From Eledone cirrhosa (Eukaryota), in contig CAXHJY010000168.1 in NCBI GenBank assembly GCA_964016885.1, positions 1 to 64,000 on the forward strand: DNA of 64,000 nucleotides, written 5' to 3'. Below are positions 1 to 9,829 of this stretch, piece after piece (the stretch's first letter is position 1; every line of letters begins with the position of its first letter). Position numbers and translations under genes: made by a program. The notes under the pieces are model-generated. The model ran no database searches, was not told where the DNA came from, and was given only the letters and a program-made list of their open reading frames with translations.

Positions 1-3000
1 TTTTTTATTTGGGTGATCCATTTTTTATTTGGGGGATCCATTTTTTATTTGGGGGATCCATTTTTTATTTGGGTGATCCATTTTTTATTTGGGGGATCCA
101 TTTTTTATTTGGGGGATCCATTTTTTATTTGGGGGATCCATTTTTTATTTGGGTGATCCATTTTTTATTTGGGGGATCCATTTTTTATTTGGGTGATACA
201 TTTTTTATTTGGGGGATCCATTTTTTATTTGAGGGATCCATTTTTTATTTGGGGGGATCCATTTTTTATTTGGGTGATCCATTTTTTATTTGGGTGATTC
301 ATTCGTTATTTGGGTGATCCATTTTTTATTTGGGTGATCCATTTTTTATTTGGGGGATCCATTTTTTAGTTGGGGGATCCATTCTATATTTGGGTGATCC
401 ATTTTTTATTTGGGTGATCCATTTTTTATTTGGGTGATACATTTTTTATTTGTATGATCCATTTTTTATTTGCGTGATCCATTTTTTATTTGGGGGATCC
501 ATTTTTTATTTGGGTGATCCATTTTTTATTTGGGTGATCCATTTTTTATTTGGGGGATCCATTTTTTATTTGGGTGATCCATTTTTTATTTGGGTGATCC
601 TTTTTTTATTTGAGGGATCCATTTTTTATTTGGGTGATCCATTTTTTATTTGGGTGATCCATTTTTTTATTTGGGGGATCCATTTTTTATTTGAATGATC
701 CATTTTTTATTTGGGTGATCCATTTTTTATTTGGGGGATCCATTTTTTATTTGGGTGATCCATTTTTTATTTGGGGGATCCATTTTTTATTTGGGGGATC
801 CATTTTTTATTTGGGTGATCCATTTTTTATTTGGGGGATACATTTTTTATTTGGGTGATCCGTTTTTTATTTGGGTGATCCATTTTTTATTTGGGTGATC
901 CATTTTTTATTTGGGGGATCCATTTTTTATTTGGGTGATCCATTTTTTATTTGGGTGATCTATTTTTTATTTGGGTGATCCATTTTTTATTTGTATGATC
1001 CATTTTTTATTTGCATGATCCATTTTTTATTTGGGGGATCCATTTTATATTTGGGTGATCCATTTTTTATTTGGGTGATCCATTTTTTATTTGGGGGATC
1101 CATTTTATATTTGGGTGATCCATTTTTTATTTGGGTGATCATTTTTTATTTGAGGGATACATTTTTTATTTGGGTGATCCATTTTTTATTTGGGTGATCC
1201 ATTTTTTATTTGGGGGATCCATTATTTATTTGGGTTATTCGTTTTTTATTTTGGTGATCCATTTTGTATTTGGGTGATCCATATTTTATTTGGGTAATCC
1301 ATTTTTTATTTTGGGGATCCATTTTTTATTTGGGTGATCCATTTTTTATTTGGGGGATCCATTTTTTATTTGGGGGATCCATTTTTTATTTGGGTGATCC
1401 ATTTTTTATTTTGGGGATCCATTTTTTATTTGGGTGATCCATTTTTTATTTGGGGGATCCATTTTTTATTTGGGTGATCCATTTTTTATTTGGGGATCCA
1501 TTTTTTATTTGAGGGATCCATTTTTTATTTGGGTGATCCATTTTTTATTTGAGTGATCCATTTTTTATTTGGGGGATCCATTTTTTATTTGGGTGATCCA
1601 TTTTTTATTTGGGTGATCCATTTTTTATGTGGGGGATCCATTTTTTATTTGGGTGATCCATTTTTTATTTGGGGGATCCATTTTTTATTTGGGGGATCCA
1701 TTTTTTATTTGGGTGATCCATTTTTTATTTGGGTGATCCATTTTTTATTTGGGTGATCCATTTTTTATTTGGGGGATCCATTTTTTATTTGGGTGATCCA
1801 TTTTTTATTTGATTGATACATTTTTTATTTGAGGGATCCATTTTTTCTTTGGGTGATCCATTTTTTATTTGGGTGATCCATTTTTTATTTGGGGGATCCA
1901 TTTTTTATTTGGGTGATCCATTTTTTATTTGGGTGATCCATTTTTTATTTGGGGGATCCACTTTTTATTTGGGTGATCCATTTTTTATTTGGGGGATCCA
2001 TTTTTTATTTGGGGGATCCATTTTTTATTTGGGTGATCCATTTTTTATTTGGGGAATCCATTTTTTATTTTGGGGATCCATTTTTTATTTGGGTGATCCA
2101 TTTTTATTTGGGGGATCCATTTTTTATTTGGGGGATCCATTTTTTATTTGGGTGATCCATTTTTTATTTGGGGGATGCATTTTTTATTTGGGGGATCCAC
2201 TTTTTATTTGGGTGATCCATTTTTTATTTGGGGGATCCATTTTTTATTTGGGTGATCCATTTTTTATTTGGGGGATCCATTTTTTATTTGAGGGATCCAT
2301 TTTTTATTTGAGTGATCCATTTTTTATTTCAGTGATCCATTTTTTATTTGGGGGATCCATTTTTTATTTGGGGGATCCATTTTTTATTTGGGTGATCCAT
2401 TTTTTATTTGGGGGATCCATTTTTTATTTGGGTGATCCATTTTTTATTTGGGGGATCCATTTTTTATTTGGGTGATACATTTTTTATTTGGGGGATCCAT
2501 TTTTTATTTGAGGGATCCATTTTTTATTTGGGTGATCCATTTTTTATTTGAGTGATCCATTTTTAATTGGGGGGATCCATTTTTTATTTGGGTGATCCAT
2601 TTTTTATTTGGGTGATCCATTTTTTATTTGGGGGATCCATTTTTTATTTGGGTGATCCATTTTTTATTTGGGTGATCCATTTTTTATTTGGGGAATCCAT
2701 TTTTTATTTTGGGGATCCATTTTTTATTTGGGTGATCCATTTTTTATTTGGGGGATCCATTTTTTATTTGGGGGATCCATTTTTTATTTGGGTGATCTAT
2801 TTTTTATTTGGGGGATCCATTTTTTATTTGGGTGATCCATTTTTTATTTGGGTGATCCATTTTTTATTTGAGGGATCCATTTTTTATTTGGGTGATCCAT
2901 TTTTAATTTGGGGGATCCATTATTTATTTGGGTGATTCGTTTTTTATTTTGGTGATCCATTTTTTATTTGGGTGATCCATATTTTATTTGGGTGATCCAT

Positions 3001-6000
3001 TTTTTATTTCGGGGATCCATTTTTTATTTGGGTGATCCATTTTTTATTTGGGGGATCCATTTTTCATTTGAGGGATCCATTTTTTATTTGGGTGATCCAT
3101 TTTTTATTTGAGTGATCCATTTTTTATTGGGGGGATCCATTTTTTATTTGGGTGATCCATTTTTCATTTGGGGGATCCATTTTTTATTTGGGGGATCCAT
3201 TTTTTATTTGGGTGATCCATTTTTTATTTGGGGGATCCATTTTTTATTTGGGGGATCCATTTTTTATTTGGGTGATCCATTTTTTATTTGGGTGATCCAT
3301 TTTTTATTTGGGGAATCCATTTTTTATTTTGGGGATCCATTTTTTATTTGGGTGATCCATTTTTTATTTGGGGGATCCATTTTTTATTTGGGGGATCCAT
3401 TTTTTATTTGGGTGATCCATTTTTTATTTGGGGGATCCATTTTTTATTTGGGTGATCCATTTTTTATTTGGGTGATCCATTTTTTATTTGAGGGATCCAT
3501 TTTTTATTTGGGTGATCCATTTTTTATTTGGGGGATCCATTATTTATTTGGGTGATTCGTTTTTTATTTTGGTGATCCATTTTTTATTTGGGTGATTCAT
3601 ATTTTATTTGGGTGATCCATTTTTTATTTTGGGGATCCATTTTTTATTTGGGTGATCCATTTTTTATTTGGGGGATACATTTTTTATTTGGGGGATCCAT
3701 TTTTTATTTGGGGGATCCATTTTTTATTTGAGGGATCCATTTTTTATTTGGGTGATCCATTTTTTATTTGAGTGATCCATTCTTTATTGGGGGGATCCAT
3801 TTTTTATTTGGGTGATCCATTTTTTATTTGGGTGATCCATTTTTTATTTGGGGGATCCATTTTTTATTTGGGTGATCCATTTTTTATTTGGGGTTCCATT
3901 TTTTATTTGGGGGAATCCATTTTTTATTTGGGTGATCCATTTTTTATTTGGGCGATCCATTTTTTATTTGAGGGATCCATTTTTTATTTGGGTGATCCAT
4001 TTTTTATTTGGGGGATCCATTATTTATTTGGGTGATTCGTTTTTTATTTTGGTGATCCATTTTTTATTTGGGTGATCCATATTTTATTTGGGTGATCCAT
4101 TTATTATTTTGGGGATCCATTTTTTATTTGGGTGATCCATTTTTTATTTGGGGGATACATTTTTTATTTGGGGATCCATTTTTTATTTGGGTGATCCATT
4201 TTTTATTTGGGGATCCATTTTTTATTTGGGTGATCCATTTTTAATTTGGGGGATCCATTTTTTATTTGAGGGATCCATTTTTTATTTGGGTGATCCATTT
4301 TTTATTTGAGTGATCCATTTTTTATTGGGGGGATCCATTTTTTATTTGGGTGATCCATTTTTTATTTGGGTGATCCATTTTTTATTTGAGTGATCCATTT
4401 TTTATTGGGGGCATCCATTTTTTATTTGGGTGATCCATTTTTTATTTGGGTGATCCAATTTTTTATTTGGGGGATCCATTTTTTATTTGGGGGATCCATT
4501 TTTTATTTGGGGGATCCATTTTTTATTTGGGTGATCCATTTTTTATTTGGGGGCTCCATTTTTTATTTGGGTGATCCATTTTTTATTTGGGTGATCCATT
4601 TTTTATTTGGGGGATCCATTTTTTATTTGGGTGATCCATTTTTTATTTGATTGATCCATTTTTTATTTGAGGGATCGATTTTTTCTTTGGGTGATCCATT
4701 TTTTATTTGGGTGATCCATTTTTTATTTGGGGGATCCATTTTTTATTTGGGTGATCCATTTTTTTATTTGGGTGATCCATTTTTTATTTGGGGGATCCAT
4801 TTTTTATATGGGTGATCCATTTTTTATTTGGGGGATCCATTTTATATTTGGGGATCCATTTTTTATTTGGGTGATCCATTTTTTATTTGGGGGATCCATT
4901 TTTTATTTGGGGGATCCATTTTTTATTTGGGTGATCCATTTTTTATTTGGGTGATCCATTTTTTATTTGGGGGATCCATTTTTTATTTGGGTGATCCATT
5001 TTTTATTTGATTGATCCATTAATTATTTGAGGGATCCATTTTTTCTTTGGGTGATCCATCTTTTCTTTGGGTGATCCATTTTTTATTTGGGGGATCCATT
5101 TTTTATTTGGGTGATCCATTTTTTATTTGGGTGATCCATTTTTTATTTGGGGGATCCACTTTTTATTTGGGGTATCCATTTTTTATTTGGGGGATCCATA
5201 TTTTATTTGGGGGATCCATTTTTTATTTGGGTGATCCATTTTTTATTTGGGTGATCCATTTTTTATTTGGGTGATCCATTTTTTATTTGGGTGATCCATT
5301 TTTTATTTGGGTGATCCATTTTTTATTTGGGTGATCCATTTTTTATTTGGGTGATCCATTTTTTATTTGGGTGATCCATTTTTTATTTTGGGGATCCATT
5401 TCTTATTTGGGTGATCCATTTTTTATTTGGGGGATCCATTTTTTATTTGGGGGATCCATTTTTTATTTGGGTGATCCATTTTTTATTTGGGGGATCCATT
5501 TTTTATTTGGGTGATCCATTTTTTATTTGGGTGATCCATTTTTTAGTTGGGTGATCCATTTTTTATTTGGGGGATCCATTTTTTATTTGGGTGATCCATT
5601 TTTTATTTGGGTGATCCAATTTTTATTTGGGGAATCCATTTTTTATTTGGGTGATCCATTTTTTATTTGGGGGATCCATTTTTTATTTGGGTGGTCCATT
5701 TTTTATTTGGGTGATCCATTATTTTATTTGGGGGATCCATTTTTTATTTGGGTGATCCATTTTTTATTTGGGTGATACATTTTTTATTTGGGGGATCCAT
5801 TTTTTATTTGGGTGATCCATTTTTTATTTGTGTGATCCATTTTTTATTTGGGTGATCCATTTTTTATTTGGGTGATCCATTTTTTATTTGGGGGATCCAT
5901 TTTTTATTTGGGTGATCCATTTTTTATTTGGGGGATCCATTTTTTATTTGGGTGATCCATTTTTTATATGAGGGATCCATTTTTTATTTGGGTGATCCAT

Positions 6001-9000
6001 TTTTTATTTGGGTGAACCATTTTTTATTTGGGTGATCCATTTTTTATTTGAGAGATTCATTTTTTATTTGGGTGATCCATTTTTTATTTGGGTGATCCAT
6101 TTTTGATTTGGGGGATCCATTTTTTATTTGGGTGATCCCTTTTTTATTTGGGTGATCTATTTTTTATTTGGGGTTTCCTTTTTTATTTGGGTGATCCATT
6201 TTTTATTTGGGGTATCCATTTTTTATTTGGGGGATCCATTTTTTATTTGGGTGATCCATTTTTTATTTGGGGGATCCATTTTTTATTTGGGGGATCCATT
6301 TTTTATTTGGGTGATCCATTTTTCATTTGTGGGATCCATTTTTTATTTGGGTGATCCATTTTTTACTTGGGTGATCCATTTTTTATTTGAGGGATGCATT
6401 TTTTATTTGGGTGATCCATTTTTTATTTGGGTGATCCATTTTTTATTTGGGGGGATCCATTTTTTATTAGGGTGATCCATATTTTATTTGGGTGATACAT
6501 TTTTTATTTTGGGGATCCATTTTTTATTTGGGTGATCCATTTTTATTTGGGGGATCCATTTTTTATTTGGGGGATCCATTTTTCATTTGGGTGATCCATA
6601 TTTTATTTGGGGGATCCATTTTTTATTTGGGTGATCCATTTTATATTTGGGTGATCCATTTTTTATTTGAGGGATCCATTTTTTATTTGGGTGATCCATT
6701 TTTTATTTGGGTGATCCATTTTTTATTTGGGGGATCCATTTTTTATTTGGGTGATCCATTTTTTATTTGGGTGATCCATTTTTTTATTTGGGGGATCCAT
6801 TTTTTATTTGGGTGATCCATTTTTTATTTGGGGGATCCATTTCTTATTTGGGTGATCCATTTTTTATTTGGGTGATCCATTTTTTATTTGGGGGATCCAG
6901 TTTTTATTTGGGGGATCCATTTTTTATTTGGGTGATCCATTTTTTATTTGGGGGATCCATTTTTGATTTGGGTGATCCATTTTTTATTTGGGTGATCCAT
7001 TTTTTATTTGGGTGATCCATTTTTTATTTGGATGATCCATTTTTTACTTGGGTGATACATTTTTTATTTGGGGGATCCATTTTTTATTTGGGTCATCCAT
7101 TTTTTATTTGGGGGATCCATTTTTTATTTGGGTGATCCATTTTTTATTTGGGTGATCCATTTTTTATTTGGGGGATCCATTTTTTATTTGGGTGATCCAT
7201 TTTTTATTTGGGTGATCCATTTTTTATTTGGGTGATCCATTTTTTATTTGGGTGATCCATTTTTTATTTGGATGATCCATTTTTTATTTGGGTGATCCAT
7301 TTTTTATTTGGAGGATCCATTTTTTATTTGGGTGATCCATTTTTTATTTGGGGGATCCATTTTTTATTTGGTGGATCCATTTTTTATTTGGGTGATCCAT
7401 TTTTTATTTGGGGGATCCATTTTTTATTTGGGTGATCCATTTTTTATTTGGGGGATCCATTTTTTATTTGGGTGATCCCTTTTTTATTTGGGTGATCTAT
7501 TTTTTATTTGGGGTTTCCTTTTTTATTTGGGTGATCCATTTTTTATTTGGGGTATCCATTTTTTATTTGGGGGATCCATTTTTTATTTGGGTGATCCATT
7601 TTTTATTTGGGGGATCCATTTTTTATTTGGGGGATCCATTTTTTATTTGGGTGATCCATTTTTCATTTGTGGGATCCATTTTTTATTTGAGGGATCCATT
7701 TTTTATTTGGGTGATCCATTTTTTATTTGGGTGATCCATTTTTTATTTGGGGGATCCATTTTTTATTTGGGTGATCCATTTTTTATTTGGGTGATCCATT
7801 TTTTTATTTGGGGGATCCATTTTTTATTTGGGTGATCCATTTTTTATTTGGGGGATCCATTTTTTATTTGGGTGATCCATTTTTTATTTTGGGGATCCAT
7901 TTTTTATTTGGGTGATCCATTTTTATTTGGGGGATCCATTTTTTATTTGGGGGATCCATTTTTCATTTGGGTGATCCATATTTTATTTGGGGGATCCATT
8001 TTTTATTTGGGTGATCCATTTTATATTTGGGTGATCCATTTTTTATTTGAGGGATCCATTTTTTATTTGGGTGATCCATTTTTTATTTGGGTGATCCATT
8101 TTTTATTTGGGGGATCCATTTTTTATTTGGGTGATCCATTTTTTATTTGGGTGATCCATTTTTTTATTTGGGGGATCCATTTTTTATTTGGGTGATCCAT
8201 TTTTTATTTGGGGGATCCATTTCTTATTTGGGTGATCCATTTTTTATTTGGGTGATCCATTTTTTATTTGGGGGATCCAGTTTTTATTTGGGGGATCCAT
8301 TTTTTATTTGGGTGATCCATTTTTTATTTGGGGGATCCATTTTTGATTTGGGTGATCCATTTTTTATTTGGGTGATCCATTTTTTATTTGGGTGATCCAT
8401 TTTTTATTTGGATGATCCATTTTTTACTTGGGTGATACATTTTTTATTTGGGGGATCCATTTTTTATTTGGGTCATCCATTTTTTATTTGGGGGATCCAT
8501 TTTTTATTTGGGTGATCCATTTTTTATTTGGGTGATCCATTTTTTATTTGGGGGATCCATTTTTTATTTGGGTGATCCATTTTTTATTTGGGTGATCCAT
8601 TTTTTATTTGGGTGATCCATTTTTTATTTGGGTGATCCATTTTTTATTTGGATGATCCATTTTTTATTTGGGTGATCCATTTTTTATTTGGAGGATCCAT
8701 TTTTTATTTGGGTGATCCATTTTTTATTTGGGGGATCCATTTTTTATTTGGTGGATCCATTTTTTATTTGGGTGATCCATTTTTTATTTGGGGGATCCAT
8801 TTTTTATTTGGGTGATCCATTTTTTATTTGGGTGATCCATTTTTTATTTGGGGGATCCATTTTTTAATTGGGTGATCCATTTTTTATTTGGGTGATCCAT
8901 ATTTTATTTGGGTGATCCATTTTTTATTTTGGGGATCCATTTTTTATTTGGGTGATCCATTTTTTATTTGGGGGATCCATTTTTTATTTGGGGGATCCAT

Positions 9001-9434
9001 TTTTTATTTGAGTGATCCATTTTTTATTTGGGGGATCCATTTTTTATTTGGGGGATCCATTTTTTATTTGGGTGATCCATTTTTTATTTGGGTGATCCAT
9101 TTTTTATTTGGGCGATGCATTTTTTATTTGGGGGATCCATTTTCTATTTGGGTGATCCAATTTTTATTTGGGTGATCCATTTTTTATTTGGGGGATCCAT
9201 TTTTTATTGGGGGGATCCATTTTTTATTTGGGGGGATCCATTTTTTATTTGGGGGATCCATTTTTTATTTAGGTGATCCATTTTTTATTTGGGCGATCCA
9301 GTTTTTATTTGGGGGATCCAGTTTTTATTTGGGTGATCCATTTTTTATTCGGGTGATCCATTTTTTATTTGCGTGATCCATTTTTTATTAGGGTGATCCA
9401 TTTTTTATTTGGGTGATCCATTTTTTATTTGGGG

Positions 9435-9438
9435 GATC
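9435..9438. other. Putative 4-bp target-site duplication GATC (left copy; right copy at 9992-9995; same in all four inserts)
   Basis: Left junction GGGG-GATC|TGTAG, right junction CTAAA|GATC-CATTTT. Removing the insert plus one GATC restores an intact monomer. Caveat: GATC occurs in nearly every monomer. Confidence 0.65.
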
Positions 9439-9479
9439 TGTAGTGACCTACATTCCGCGGGCTCACATACATTCTCTGT

Positions 9480-9511
9480 GCGTGATTTGGCTCAGTTCAG
9501 CCAATCAGCGC
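9480..9511 (+). promoter_or_regulatory. CCAAT box (AGCCAATCAG, 9499-9508) facing a degenerate inverted copy (TGATTTGGCT, 9483-9492); also present in copies 2-4
   Basis: Good match to the extended NF-Y consensus RRCCAATSR, in the U3-like part of the insert. Function untested. Confidence 0.45.
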
Positions 9512-9712
9512 CAGTAGAAGAGGATGTATCCCTACGCGCCCTGAGGAAGAAATTCACCGCGAAGATTTGAAGAATCTCGGTCTTGTACCGGAAACTTCAA
9601 GCCAGCAACACGCATAATGTAACAGTGAGATATTGCACCCCTAGCCTCGCCGGCTTAACGGCGCAATAGCACATTCCCTAATGTAACCTCTTTTTATCTG
9701 TAACTTCAACCA

Positions 9713-9768
9713 TATAAATAAACAAACATTTCATCTCTAATTACTGCAGTTGAAGTCGTTGTTATGTT
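9713..9768 (+). promoter_or_regulatory. Polyadenylation signal AATAAA (9717-9722) overlapping TATAAA (9713-9718), with a GT-rich downstream tract GTCGTTGTTATGTT (9755-9768); also present in copies 2-4
   Basis: Motifs read directly. AATAAA followed about 30 nt later by a GU-rich element is the canonical metazoan poly(A) arrangement and supports a + orientation for the element. Confidence 0.5.
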
Positions 9769-9809
9769 ACTCCTGTCTCAATGACATCTTTAATCCATGC
9801 TGCTGGAAT

Positions 9810-9829
9810 TGGCGACCTGACGAAAGGAA
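9810..9829 (+). other. Primer-binding-site-like motif TGGCGACCTGACGAAAGGAA (tRNA-Arg type); also present in copies 2-4
   Basis: TGGCGACC is complementary to a tRNA 3' end ...GGUCGCCA, as in eukaryotic tRNA-Arg isoacceptors beginning GACC (from recall). It is not immediately preceded by an LTR-terminal CA, so the call is uncertain. Confidence 0.35.
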
